This document shows positions 46,487 to 56,618 of a stretch of 64,000 bases of DNA, piece after piece (position 1 is the first letter of the stretch; the number at the start of each line of letters is the position of its first letter). Location of the stretch: NCBI GenBank assembly GCA_043739185.1, contig JAYUEN010000107.1, forward strand, positions 64,106 to 128,105. Reading direction: 5' to 3'. The notes beneath the pieces were generated by a model that was not told where the DNA came from, made no database searches, and saw only the letters and a program-made list of their open reading frames with translations. The stretch is from Bdellovibrionales bacterium. GTDB lineage: Bacteria; Bdellovibrionota; Bdellovibrionia; Bdellovibrionales; JAMPXM01. A program made the translations under genes and the position numbers.

Positions 46487-47455
46487 ATGGCATCCGTTAT
46501 GATTTTTGCAGAGTCTTCTGGTTCACAACTAAAAAAAGGTACGCTTGAGCTTTTGACTGCGGCTCGAAAATCCAATCTAAAAATTCAGGCCGTTCTTTTT
46601 GGACCAAAATCTAAAGAGCTGGTAACTGCTCTGGGTCAAAATGGGGCTGAACAAGTTTTTCTTTCTGCAGCACCAGAGTTTTCAAACTATAACTCTGAGG
46701 TCTTCAGTGCCGCACTTTCTGAATTGATAAAGTCACAAGCTCCACAATATGTTTTGGCCTCGTCTACCATGATGGCACGAGACCTCTTTCCTCGTATTGC
46801 GGCTAAAATTAACTCTGGCGTTGTGAGCGACTGTACTGAACTTTCCTTTACTGACGGAAAAGCCGTGGTTCGAAAACCTCTTTACTCGGGGAAGTGTACT
46901 GCCGAAGTGGCTTTTCAAAAGTCCTCAACTCAGATTATTTTAATGCGGGCAAACCAATTGCCGGTTGAAGCGAGCAACAAGTCTTTCACTCCAAGTATTT
47001 CTGAAATCGCAACTCCAAAAACAGATCTTAAAACGCTAGTTAAGGAGATTGTTTCGGGTACCTCTAATAAGCTCGATTTAACCGAAGCAAGCATCATTGT
47101 TTCTGGTGGACGAGGAATGAAAGACGCCGAGAGCTTTAAATTATTAAACGAGCTGGCAGAAACCTTGGGCGCTACCGTCGGTGCTTCGCGTGCGGTTGTG
47201 GATGCTGGCTGGGTTCCGCACTCTATGCAGGTTGGCCAAACCGGCAAAACTGTCGCTCCTGTTTTATATATCGCCTGCGGAATTTCGGGCGCCATTCAAC
47301 ATCTTGCCGGAATGAGCGGAAGTAAGGTTATCGTTGCCATCAATAAAGATGCAAATGCGCCGATTTTTCAAAAGGCAACTTATGGAATCGTTGGCGATGT
47401 ATTCGAGGTCCTGCCGCTATTGAATGCCGAGTTTAAAACTCTCTTAAAGCACTAA
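46487..47455 (+). CDS. etfA: Electron transfer flavoprotein alpha subunit
   Basis: C-terminal FAD-binding region VSGGRG, GASRAVVDAGW, QVGQTGK and YIACGISGAIQH. Confidence 0.92.
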   Translation: MASVMIFAESSGSQLKKGTLELLTAARKSNLKIQAVLFGPKSKELVTALGQNGAEQVFLSAAPEFSNYNSEVFSAALSELIKSQAPQYVLASSTMMARDLFPRIAAKINSGVVSDCTELSFTDGKAVVRKPLYSGKCTAEVAFQKSSTQIILMRANQLPVEASNKSFTPSISEIATPKTDLKTLVKEIVSGTSNKLDLTEASIIVSGGRGMKDAESFKLLNELAETLGATVGASRAVVDAGWVPHSMQVGQTGKTVAPVLYIACGISGAIQHLAGMSGSKVIVAINKDANAPIFQKATYGIVGDVFEVLPLLNAEFKTLLKH

Positions 47456-47485
47456 TCGAAGGCGCTTTTTTATAAGGATGACCTG

Positions 47486-48133
47486 ATGTTTCGCTCGCGC
47501 ATTTTGCCCATTCTTATTTGGCTCATTTATATGCCGCTCAAATTAACTTGGCGGATTCATATTCACGAGCCGCCGGAAATGCAATCAGACCTTAAAAACA
47601 ATCGCCTTGCGGTCTTTGCTCATTGGCATGGCGATGAAATGGGTCTGGTTTTTTTACTCAAACGCTACCATTGCTCAGCAATGACTTCGACAAGCAAGGA
47701 TGGCGAAATCATGACCGGCTTCATTCGCCTGCTTGGTGTTAAGGCTGCGCGCGGATCTTCTACTCGCGGTGCGGTTTCTGCCTTGAAAGGAATCTTGCGT
47801 TTGGCAAAAGACGGTTTTCGTCCTACCTTTGCCGTCGACGGCCCAAAGGGACCTTATCACAAAGTAAAGCCCGGCGCCCTTGAGGTTGCAAAGCTCTTAA
47901 GCTGCCCTATATACCCCGGTGGCGTCGCTTGCTCGAGTGCTTTTGTTTTTAAAAAGTCGTGGAATAAAAGTTATTTGCCGCTCCCTTTTTCAAAACTTGT
48001 TATTTATTGGGGCCCGCCGATTTCAAATATTTCGCGCGCTACTGATTTGCGTAACTCTGATCATGCTACCGAGCTCGAAATAGCACTTCTTGATGCTGGG
48101 CAAAAAGCACGTAATCTCATTGCAGCAACATAG
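47486..48133 (+). CDS. DUF374 / lysophospholipid acyltransferase-superfamily protein
   Basis: FAHWHGDE, SKDGEI, GSSTRGAVSALKG and FAVDGPKGP match the DUF374 pattern. Confidence 0.6.
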   Translation: MFRSRILPILIWLIYMPLKLTWRIHIHEPPEMQSDLKNNRLAVFAHWHGDEMGLVFLLKRYHCSAMTSTSKDGEIMTGFIRLLGVKAARGSSTRGAVSALKGILRLAKDGFRPTFAVDGPKGPYHKVKPGALEVAKLLSCPIYPGGVACSSAFVFKKSWNKSYLPLPFSKLVIYWGPPISNISRATDLRNSDHATELEIALLDAGQKARNLIAAT

Positions 48134-48181
48134 GCAAACTGCTAGCCTTTTTATAAGAACTCACCCCCGAGGAACCATACT

Positions 48182-49036
48182 ATGATGCACAACATCTTTA
48201 CGCGACCAATAAGCCGCTTTGCAATTCTTGCTATTTTTACTGCTTCTTTTACTTGCTTAGCAAATGCTGCCGACGCTCCCAAGCTGGACGATGTGGTCGC
48301 GACCATCGGACTTAAAAAAATTACTCTTAAAGAGTTTAACCAAAGATACAATGAGGTTCTTGGTAAGACAATCAATCCTCCCACCAAAGAACTCTTTTTA
48401 GAAGATCTCATTCGCTATGAAGTTGGCGTGCAAGAGGCCGAAAAGAGACATCTAGAGTCCGATCCACAAGTAAAAGAAATGTTACGACAGGATACATACA
48501 AGGGACTGCTTGAGAAAGATTTGGGCGAAAAAGTTTCTAAAATTAAAGTAACTGAAGAGGAAATGAAGTCCTATTATCAAAAGTTTCCTGAGATCCGTAC
48601 CAGTCACATTTTGATTGAGTTTCGATTAGACGCCACAGACGACCAAAAGAAAGAGGCTCGTAAGCGCGCCGAAGAAATCTTAAAGGAAGTTCACTCCAGC
48701 AAGAGGAACTTTGAGGATCTTGTTAGTATTTATACAGATGACGTCCAGACAAAACGCAATGGTGGAGATGTCGGTTGGCAAAGCAATGTCACTCTTGTGC
48801 CGCCATATTATGATGCCGCTCTTGCAATGAAAGTTGGCGAAGTTAGGGGCCTGGTGACTACGCAGTATGGTTATCATATTTTAAAACTTACTGGTCGCCA
48901 TGGTTATGCGGATGCGAACAAGCGCCAAATTCAAGCTGCGGTTTTTGATCAGAAGCGTAAGGTGATTTTTGATGAGTATTTTACGAAACTTAAGAAGTCT
49001 TATTCAATCAAAGAAAATAAAACCGTTATTAAGTGA
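48182..49036 (+). CDS. Secreted parvulin-type peptidyl-prolyl isomerase (PrsA/SurA-like) 1
   Basis: Signal peptide, then the parvulin core SHILI...GGDVGW...GYHILKL. Confidence 0.8.
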   Translation: MMHNIFTRPISRFAILAIFTASFTCLANAADAPKLDDVVATIGLKKITLKEFNQRYNEVLGKTINPPTKELFLEDLIRYEVGVQEAEKRHLESDPQVKEMLRQDTYKGLLEKDLGEKVSKIKVTEEEMKSYYQKFPEIRTSHILIEFRLDATDDQKKEARKRAEEILKEVHSSKRNFEDLVSIYTDDVQTKRNGGDVGWQSNVTLVPPYYDAALAMKVGEVRGLVTTQYGYHILKLTGRHGYADANKRQIQAAVFDQKRKVIFDEYFTKLKKSYSIKENKTVIK

Positions 49037-50007
49037 TTTTCGGATTTGCACAGATATATTTAAAGATTTTTGTTTTTGGCTGCATTTCCGTTCTTGCGCT
49101 TTCTTGCACCAATAGCTCGACAATCAAACTGAAGGCCGTGGTAACGGTCAATTCTGTCAGTCTTTCAACCGAAGAATTCGCTACTCGCCTGGCGCGCAAG
49201 CTCAAAGATTATGATGCTCTGTTTGCAAAGGACCAACAAAATCTAAAGCGCGCGAAAGAACAAACTGTTCAGGAGTTTGTACTAGAGGTTTTAACCCGCC
49301 AATATGCTAAGGACCAGAATCTTGTGGTGTCCCAAGCGCAGCTCGAAGAGGCGGCCACAAGAGTTCGAAGTAAGTACCCCGACGATATCGCGTTTCGAAG
49401 GGCCCTCTCCCAAGAAAACATTTCTTATGATCAATGGCTTCGAGATTTAGAATATAGTCTTTTGCAACATCAGGTTCACTCTCAAATTTCGAAGGACGTC
49501 GTCGCGCCAAAAGAAGACGAAGTTAAGGAATACTACAACCTCAATCGCACGCTTTTTAATCGCGCGGCTCGCATTAAAATTCGCCAGATCGTAGTTGAAA
49601 AAGAGGACGTGGCAAAACGCCTCTACAAAGAAATCGTAGACGGATCAGACCTTGGAAGCTTGGCAAAAGAGTATTCTGTTGCCCCAGAGTCTGCGAATAA
49701 TGGGGTCACGGACTGGATCGACAAGGGCAGCCTTGAGGTTTTTGACCAAGCTTTTCGCTTGAACGCTGGGCAACGCAGCAAAATTGTAAAGAGTCCTTAT
49801 GGATATCATATTTACGAAGTAATTAAGAAAGAGCCCGAAGTCCATTTGAGTTTACAAGAGGCTCGCGCTACAGTGGAGCGCCAGTTGAAAGAAAAGAAGG
49901 AACAAGTCCTATTTTCTTCTTGGCTTGACCAGGCCCTTAGAAAGTCCCAAGTTTCACGAAACGAGGAGCTTATTCAGGCGGTCAAAGTATCAACGAAAGT
50001 TCAGTAA
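49033..50007 (+). CDS. Parvulin-type peptidyl-prolyl isomerase lipoprotein 2
   Basis: GTG start overlapping the upstream stop (GTGA). It has the lipobox LALSC and the parvulin core RQIVV...SPYGYHIYEV. Confidence 0.7.
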   Translation: MIFGFAQIYLKIFVFGCISVLALSCTNSSTIKLKAVVTVNSVSLSTEEFATRLARKLKDYDALFAKDQQNLKRAKEQTVQEFVLEVLTRQYAKDQNLVVSQAQLEEAATRVRSKYPDDIAFRRALSQENISYDQWLRDLEYSLLQHQVHSQISKDVVAPKEDEVKEYYNLNRTLFNRAARIKIRQIVVEKEDVAKRLYKEIVDGSDLGSLAKEYSVAPESANNGVTDWIDKGSLEVFDQAFRLNAGQRSKIVKSPYGYHIYEVIKKEPEVHLSLQEARATVERQLKEKKEQVLFSSWLDQALRKSQVSRNEELIQAVKVSTKVQ

Positions 50008-50036
50008 AAAACTTTCCTGAAACAAAGGGTGCGAAT

Positions 50037-50999
50037 ATGAAAAGGTCCGTCACGTTGGTATTGTTTTTTTCGTTGCTCGCATTCTCTCAATTTAGTTTTG
50101 CAGAAATCATTGAAAAAATCGTTTCGATTATCAATGACGAAATCATTACATCTTCGGATATGGATAAGTATTTTGAAAAACTCAAGGCCGGTGGTTTAAC
50201 CGACGATTTGCTCGTGCCAAATGAAGCCGCAAAACAAGAGCTCCTCAAAGATAAGAAAAAGCTATTGCAAACCATGATCGATGAAAAAATTATCGACTCC
50301 GAAGTGAAGCATCAAAAACTTGAAGTCCCGATTGAAAGAGTCGAGCAGGAGGTTCGCTCCATTGCCAAGCGAAATGATATCAGTCGCGACGATTTGAAAC
50401 GTGCCGTTGAAGAAAAAGGAATTCGTTTTTCACAGTATCAAGACTTTATTAAAACCGGACTTGAACGGCATTCCCTCATTGACCGAGCTATTTTGTCCAA
50501 AATAAAAATTTCTGAAGATGACGTTCTTGCTGAATACGCACGGCTACACGGTGATTCCGCCGATCAAAATTTCGAATTTACGGTTTCACATGTTTTGTTT
50601 TTAATCGATAAGGGTGGTCTAAAGATGGCCCAAGAGCGGGCGACCGCGGTGCTTGCAAAGTTAAAGGCCGGAGAAGATTTTGATCGTATGGCTAGTGAAT
50701 ATAGCGAAGATCCCAATTTTTCGTCAGGTGGCTTGCTGGGAAGCTTTAAGTCCGGTGAGTTTTCAAAGGAGCTCGAAGCTGTGGTTCAAAAAATGAACGT
50801 GGGCGACACCAGCCGTATTGTTCAAACAAAAGCCGGACTTCACATATTGAAGCTTACCAAAAAGAAATTAATTCCTGATCCAAAAATTGAGAAGGTTAAA
50901 GATGAGCTTCGCGGTCAACTTTATGATCGGGCTTATAAAAAACAGTTTCAGGCCTGGCTCGAACAAGTGCGCAACGAAGCCTTCATTCGTAATAATTAA
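50037..50999 (+). CDS. surA: Periplasmic chaperone/PPIase SurA
   Basis: Signal peptide, the SurA N-domain (IVSIINDEIITSSD) and one parvulin domain (SHVLF...GGLLG...GLHILKL). It is followed by pdxA, as in the E. coli surA-pdxA arrangement. Confidence 0.8.
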   Translation: MKRSVTLVLFFSLLAFSQFSFAEIIEKIVSIINDEIITSSDMDKYFEKLKAGGLTDDLLVPNEAAKQELLKDKKKLLQTMIDEKIIDSEVKHQKLEVPIERVEQEVRSIAKRNDISRDDLKRAVEEKGIRFSQYQDFIKTGLERHSLIDRAILSKIKISEDDVLAEYARLHGDSADQNFEFTVSHVLFLIDKGGLKMAQERATAVLAKLKAGEDFDRMASEYSEDPNFSSGGLLGSFKSGEFSKELEAVVQKMNVGDTSRIVQTKAGLHILKLTKKKLIPDPKIEKVKDELRGQLYDRAYKKQFQAWLEQVRNEAFIRNN

Positions 51000-51046
51000 G
51001 TTTCTTTCTAGCTTTTCACCTAATTTAACATGGGCAAAGAATTTTC

Positions 51047-52015
51047 ATGGCCAAAAAAATTCGAAGAATCGCAGTAACGACCGGAGATATTGACGGAATT
51101 GGAACCGAAATTGCTGCTAAAGCATTGGCAAAGCTCGGACCGACTTCTGGCACTTCTTTTTATTTGTGGCGCTCACCAAAGTGTCCGCGCGCCCACCTTG
51201 CTTTGATCGATCGTAAATTTAAGCGGGTCAGCGTTTCGAGCTGGCCAGAGGCCCTTAGCGTAACTCTCACTTCTGCTAAGCAAATTATTGATATTTGCTC
51301 CAACCTTCCGCCTCCAGTTTGGGTCGAAACCTCTGCGCAATCGAGTTACTTTGGTCATATCGATGGGATGGTAACAGCTCCACTCAGCAAAACCGCCATT
51401 GCCGCAGCAGGAATGAAAGACATCGGTCACACTGACATTTTGGCTCGTGTCTGTAAGGAAAAGCATCTTTATCAAGCCTTTGTCGGGAATAAGTTTAATG
51501 TCCTGCTCTTGAGCGCGCATTTGCCAATCGAAAACATTTTGAAAGATATCAAGTCTGAAAATCTAGAGCGAGCCGTTGCCTCTGCGGACTTACTACGAAA
51601 GTGGCTTCCGAAAAAGGCCCAGCGCCGCCCCATTGCACTTCTTGGGCTTAATCCGCACGCGGGAGAAGATGGCCTCATTGGAACACAAGAGCAAAGTATT
51701 CATAAACCCTTGGTTAAAAAACTCTTGGCCGCAGGAACAAATGTGGTTGGTCCCCTTGTGCCCGATGCTGCCTTTTTTAAAGAAAATTGGGAAAAGTATT
51801 CGGTTTTTGTTGCAAACTATCACGATCAGGGATTGATTCCTTTTAAAATGATTCACGGTCAAGATTCAGGGCTGCATATCACCATGGGTCTTCCCTTCGT
51901 CAGAACGAGCGTGGATCATGGAACTGCAAAAAATATTTTTGGCCGCAACAAAGCAAATCCCGCGTCTATGTTGCTTGCACTTGAGTGGGCCATTCAATTG
52001 AGTCGAGGAGAGTAG
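51047..52015 (+). CDS. pdxA: 4-hydroxythreonine-4-phosphate dehydrogenase
   Basis: TGDIDGIGTEI, GHTDIL, LGLNPHAGEDG, YHDQGLIPFK and RTSVDHGTA. Confidence 0.92.
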   Translation: MAKKIRRIAVTTGDIDGIGTEIAAKALAKLGPTSGTSFYLWRSPKCPRAHLALIDRKFKRVSVSSWPEALSVTLTSAKQIIDICSNLPPPVWVETSAQSSYFGHIDGMVTAPLSKTAIAAAGMKDIGHTDILARVCKEKHLYQAFVGNKFNVLLLSAHLPIENILKDIKSENLERAVASADLLRKWLPKKAQRRPIALLGLNPHAGEDGLIGTQEQSIHKPLVKKLLAAGTNVVGPLVPDAAFFKENWEKYSVFVANYHDQGLIPFKMIHGQDSGLHITMGLPFVRTSVDHGTAKNIFGRNKANPASMLLALEWAIQLSRGE

Positions 52016-52016
52016 A

Positions 52017-53393
52017 ATGAAGCGTCCTTATACAAAAGACATTTTTAGAGAATATGATATTCGCGGCGTCGTCGGTACAGATTTTGACGAAGAGTTCGCT
52101 GAGCTTTTGGGGCAAGCCTTTATTACTTATTTATTAAAAAATGGCGCTCCAAAAAATCCTCGAGTTACGCTCGGGCAAGATGCTCGTTTATCAAGCCCCG
52201 CAATTTCTGAAGCTCTTTGTAAGGGTATGCTCGCGGCTGGCGCCAATGTCACCCTGCTCGGCCTGGTGACAACTCCTATTTCTTATTATTCTATGTTTGC
52301 CCTCGACAATATGTCTGGCGGCATTATGGTAACCGGAAGCCATAATCCTCCCGACTACAACGGTTTTAAAATTTCAGTTGGGAAAAGCACGATATTTGGA
52401 GAAGAAATTCTCAAGCTATACGATATCATCGTCTCAGGTAATTTTGCGAGTGGCACAGGCTCGAAGAAAACTCACGACATCTTTCCGCAGTATTTGGCGC
52501 GCTACAAAGAAGAATTCAATAATATTAAATCTATCCCCGTTGTCGTAGATTGTGGCAATGGCGCTGCTGGTTGCATTGTTCGAAAAATGTATGAGCAAGT
52601 TGGCTTAAAGCCTACTTTTTTATTTGAAGAGCCAGACGGAAGATTTCCAAATCACCATCCTGATCCAACGGTAGAGAAAAATATGTTGGCCGCAAAAAAA
52701 GCGGTTATTGAAACCAACTCGCAACTTGCCATTGGCTTTGATGGTGATGCTGATCGCATTGGCCTTTTAGATCATACCGGGCGCTTTATAATGGGCGATG
52801 AAATGATGATGCTTATCAGCCGCGCCATCTTAGCAAAAAACCCAGGCTCAAAAATTATTGGTGATGTGAAGTGTTCGGATCGACTTTACGAAGATATTCG
52901 CAAACACGGCGGCAGTCCCATTATGTGGAAAACGGGCCACAGCTTGATTAAAACAAAAATCAAAGAAGAGCACGCTCCTTTCGGTGGAGAGCTCAGTGGA
53001 CACATTTTCTTTGCTGATCGAAATTACGGTTACGATGATGCTCCCTATGCTGGCCTACGCCTTATTGAAATTTTAGGCGAGGCGGGAAAAACCATTCCGC
53101 AGCTTTTAGAAGGAATCGGCTCGTCTCACAATACCCCTGAAATCCGCATCGATACGACCGAAGAGAAAAAGTGGTCGATCGTGAATACACTAAAAAACAA
53201 ATTTTCTAAAAACACCGACGAATACAAGGTTAATTTTATTGATGGTGTTCGCATCAGCTTTAAAAATGGCTGGGCTTTGGCGCGTGCTTCGAATACTCAG
53301 CCCGTTTTGGTTTTACGTTTTGAGGCTGATTCTGCCAAGGCGCTAACTGAAATCCGCGGACAGGTTGAATCTATCGTTGATCCGCTCCTATAA
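52017..53393 (+). CDS. Phosphomannomutase/phosphoglucomutase
   Basis: Active-site TGSHNPPDYNGFK, metal site GFDGDADR, and GELSGH. Confidence 0.9.
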   Translation: MKRPYTKDIFREYDIRGVVGTDFDEEFAELLGQAFITYLLKNGAPKNPRVTLGQDARLSSPAISEALCKGMLAAGANVTLLGLVTTPISYYSMFALDNMSGGIMVTGSHNPPDYNGFKISVGKSTIFGEEILKLYDIIVSGNFASGTGSKKTHDIFPQYLARYKEEFNNIKSIPVVVDCGNGAAGCIVRKMYEQVGLKPTFLFEEPDGRFPNHHPDPTVEKNMLAAKKAVIETNSQLAIGFDGDADRIGLLDHTGRFIMGDEMMMLISRAILAKNPGSKIIGDVKCSDRLYEDIRKHGGSPIMWKTGHSLIKTKIKEEHAPFGGELSGHIFFADRNYGYDDAPYAGLRLIEILGEAGKTIPQLLEGIGSSHNTPEIRIDTTEEKKWSIVNTLKNKFSKNTDEYKVNFIDGVRISFKNGWALARASNTQPVLVLRFEADSAKALTEIRGQVESIVDPLL

Positions 53394-53403
53394 GGAGTTT
53401 TTA

Positions 53404-56025
53404 ATGGCGCAAGATTTTGACGGCATTATTGTAAAGGGCGCGCGCGAGCACAATCTAAAAAATATTTCTTTGAGTATTCCTCGAAATCAAATCACTGTTA
53501 TTACGGGTCTCAGTGGTAGCGGCAAATCTTCAATGGCCTTTGATACGATATATGCGGAGGGGCAGCGTCGCTATGTTGATTCGCTTTCGACTTATGCTCG
53601 AAATTTCTTAGATAAATTAAAGAAGCCCGACGTTGACTCCATTTCGGGCCTATCTCCTGCAATTGCGATTGACCAAAAATCAGTTGGACTCAGTCCGCGC
53701 TCTACAGTCGGAACCGTAACCGAAATCTATGACTACTTAAGACTACTTTATGCCAAAGTCGGCGTTCCCCATTGTCCTACACACCAAATTCCTGTTGCTG
53801 GCCAAACTCCGGACCAAATCATTTTGGATATCCAAAAAATTAAACCCGGCACCAAATATTATTTGTTATCTCCCGTTGTGCAAGATCGCAAGGGTGAGTT
53901 CGGTGCCGAATTTCAAAAGTGGCTTAAGCGGGGTTTTGTTTCGGCAAAAATTGATGGTGCTTTTGTAGAGCTTGATGGCGCGAAAAAACTGCAAAAGACA
54001 AAGTCTCACAATATTGATTTGGTTATTGATAAGTTGATTGCAAAACCCGATATGAGGGCGCGCTTGGCCGAAAGTGTGCACCAAAGTATTTTGCTCAGCT
54101 CGGGTCGAGTCGTCGTCGAAACTTTTGATGGCAATCGACAAAATTATTCAATTCATTCGGCCTGTCCCATCTGCCAATTTGGTTTTCCGGATATTGAACC
54201 GCGTTTTTTTTCTTTCAATAATCCGCGCGGCGCCTGCATTACTTGTCATGGCTTAGGCACTGTCGATATTGAAGAGTTTGAAGAATACACCTGGGAAAGC
54301 GGTGAGCAATCTCGTAGCGTATACAATTTAAAATACCGCGTTTCTGATAAAATTAAGGCCTCCTCAGAGTCGGATGAAGAGGGCGAGATTGATCAGTTGG
54401 CGATTTCGGTATGTCCTGATTGCAAGGGTTCTCGCCTGCGGCTTGAGCCGCGCAATGTTTTAATTGGCGGTAAAAACATCACCGAGCTTGCTCATTTGTC
54501 CGCCGGCGCTTTGCAAAATTTATTGAAGCACGCTGACTTCAATCCTCGCACCAATTTAATTGCAGAAAAAATTCTTAAGCAAATTGACTCTCGTCTCAAC
54601 TATTTAATTCGTGTTGGTACGTCTTACTTGAGTCTCGATCGGCCGACGCGCACTCTCTCTGGAGGAGAGTCTCAACGAATTCGCTTGGCCACACAAGTAG
54701 GCTCCGCACTCATTGGTATTTTGTATGTGCTCGATGAGCCGAGTATTGGTTTACATCCAAGAGACCATCATCGCTTACTTGATATTTTGAAAGATATCCG
54801 AGAGCTCGGAAATACCATCCTTATGGTGGAGCACGATGAAGACACGATTCGGTCCGCAGATCATGTAATTGATCTCGGGCCACGGGCCGGAATTCTCGGT
54901 GGCGCGCTAATGGCCGAGGGAACTCCTGAGGATATTTCTCGGTCTGTTGAAAGCATTACGGGACAGTATCTTTCTGGCCGAAAAAAAATACCAATGCCAT
55001 TAGTGAGGCGCCCCGGGAGCGGTAAGTTTTTAGAGCTTTCTGGCGCCACCGGAAATAATCTAAAGAATGTCAGTTTAAAAATTCCACTTGGTACTTTTGT
55101 TTCGGTTACCGGCGTTTCAGGTAGCGGCAAAAGCACTCTCATAATGGATACTCTTTATCGAATCCTGGCGAATCATTTTTATGCTTCAAGTTGGCAAATC
55201 GCGCCCTATAAGAAAATCTCAGGGCTCGATTGTCTCGATAAAGTAATCGACATTAATCAAAATCCCATTGGTCGAACGCCGAGATCAACGCCTGCAACTT
55301 ATGTAGGTTTATTTCCGCTTATCCGAGATCTTTTTGCAAATTTGCCCGACAGTAAATTGCGAGGATATGCGCCCGGGCGCTTTAGTTTCAACGTAAAGGG
55401 TGGTCGCTGCGAGGCCTGTCAAGGCGGCGGCCAAATCAAAGTTGAAATGCATTTTATGTCCGATGTCTTTGTTCACTGTGATACCTGCAATGGGCACCGC
55501 TATAATAAAGAAACTTTGAATGTAAAATATCGAGATAAGAATATCTCAGACGTTCTCAAAATGGATGTCGCAGAAGCTTTGGTTTTCTTTCAAAATCACT
55601 CAAACATTCGTCGCAAACTTGAGACTCTTCACAAAGTTGGTTTGGACTATATGGGGCTGGGCCAAAGCTCGACGACTTTATCTGGCGGCGAAGCTCAGCG
55701 GGTAAAGCTTAGCAAAGAGCTTTCAAAGCGCTCTACAGGTAAAACATTATACATTTTAGACGAACCCACAACCGGATTGCATTTCGCTGATATCGCTAAG
55801 CTCATCGAGTTATTGCAAGAGTTGGTTGAGCAGGGAAATACCGTTTTAGTTATTGAACACAATCTCGATATGGTGAAATCTACTGACTACGTTGTGGACC
55901 TGGGCCCCGATGGTGGCGATAGCGGTGGCGAAATCATTGGGATCGGCACCCCAGAGCAAATTGCAAAAATCTCAGACTCAGAAACTGGCAAATACCTAAG
56001 AGAACTTTTCGCGCGGTCCAATTGA
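53404..56025 (+). CDS. uvrA: Excinuclease ABC subunit A
   Basis: I start it at MAQDFDGIIVKGAREHNLKNISL. It has two Walker A motifs (GLSGSGKSS, GVSGSGKST), LSGGE signatures and Zn modules (CPxC...CxxC). The track ORF starts 39 nt earlier, inside the upstream gene. Confidence 0.93.
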   Translation: MAQDFDGIIVKGAREHNLKNISLSIPRNQITVITGLSGSGKSSMAFDTIYAEGQRRYVDSLSTYARNFLDKLKKPDVDSISGLSPAIAIDQKSVGLSPRSTVGTVTEIYDYLRLLYAKVGVPHCPTHQIPVAGQTPDQIILDIQKIKPGTKYYLLSPVVQDRKGEFGAEFQKWLKRGFVSAKIDGAFVELDGAKKLQKTKSHNIDLVIDKLIAKPDMRARLAESVHQSILLSSGRVVVETFDGNRQNYSIHSACPICQFGFPDIEPRFFSFNNPRGACITCHGLGTVDIEEFEEYTWESGEQSRSVYNLKYRVSDKIKASSESDEEGEIDQLAISVCPDCKGSRLRLEPRNVLIGGKNITELAHLSAGALQNLLKHADFNPRTNLIAEKILKQIDSRLNYLIRVGTSYLSLDRPTRTLSGGESQRIRLATQVGSALIGILYVLDEPSIGLHPRDHHRLLDILKDIRELGNTILMVEHDEDTIRSADHVIDLGPRAGILGGALMAEGTPEDISRSVESITGQYLSGRKKIPMPLVRRPGSGKFLELSGATGNNLKNVSLKIPLGTFVSVTGVSGSGKSTLIMDTLYRILANHFYASSWQIAPYKKISGLDCLDKVIDINQNPIGRTPRSTPATYVGLFPLIRDLFANLPDSKLRGYAPGRFSFNVKGGRCEACQGGGQIKVEMHFMSDVFVHCDTCNGHRYNKETLNVKYRDKNISDVLKMDVAEALVFFQNHSNIRRKLETLHKVGLDYMGLGQSSTTLSGGEAQRVKLSKELSKRSTGKTLYILDEPTTGLHFADIAKLIELLQELVEQGNTVLVIEHNLDMVKSTDYVVDLGPDGGDSGGEIIGIGTPEQIAKISDSETGKYLRELFARSN

Positions 56026-56060
56026 CAAAAAACCCACGCCAATATTTGGGCGTGGGTTTG
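56026..56060. terminator. Bidirectional Rho-independent terminator between convergent uvrA and atpE
   Basis: AAACCCACGCC (56030-56040) pairs with GGCGTGGGTTT (56049-56059) in an 11-bp perfect stem with an 8-nt loop. An A6 run lies on one side, which reads as a T-run for the minus-strand atpE transcript. Confidence 0.85.
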
Positions 56061-56070
56061 AAATTCTAAA

Positions 56071-56391
56071 CTAAAACTTTCCTAATAATTGGAAAGAAAT
56101 AACCAGAGCATAAATCGTTAAAGACTCGATAAATGCCAAGCTCAAGATCAATGGTAACAAAAGTTTACCTGAAGCCGCTGGATTTCGGGCCACACCCTCA
56201 AGTGCTGCTGCTGCTGCTTTGCCTTGTCCAAGTGATCCGCCAAGCGCTGCAATACCCAAACCTAGGCCTGCGGCGATAGCAATCATGCCTGCGCCACTGT
56301 GTCCGCCTTCAGCTGCTTTTGCTGCCTCTTCTGCAAACGCAGGTGTTGCCAATAGTCCTGTGGCCAAAGTTGCCAAAATTTTCTTAGTCAT
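56071..56391 (-). CDS. atpE: F0F1 ATP synthase subunit c with N-terminal signal-peptide-like extension
   Basis: I start it at MTKKILATL (56391), which has AAGGAGAAG 4 nt upstream. The hairpin core is [16 protein letters not shown]...ARNP...[15 protein letters not shown]. The track ORF extends further upstream without a ribosome-binding site. Confidence 0.88.
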   Translation of the reverse strand: MTKKILATLATGLLATPAFAEEAAKAAEGGHSGAGMIAIAAGLGLGIAALGGSLGQGKAAAAALEGVARNPAASGKLLLPLILSLAFIESLTIYALVISFQLLGKF

Positions 56392-56618
56392 GAACTTCTC
56401 CTTTTTAAAGTGTTCATTGTTGTGAGAATTCTCGACCTGCGCCTTCACTCCAATGTTTTTTTGCTGTTTTTTCAGCAACGCATAGTCTCTCGAAGGGTCA
56501 CTCTATACGTCAAAAAACTTAGACAGGGCAACAATACGATAGGGTCTCGTTTGTAAAAGCATTTTTGCTTTCAATAAGACGTGGTCAGCCCTGGCCACCT
56601 CTTCTTAAAAACATCTTT

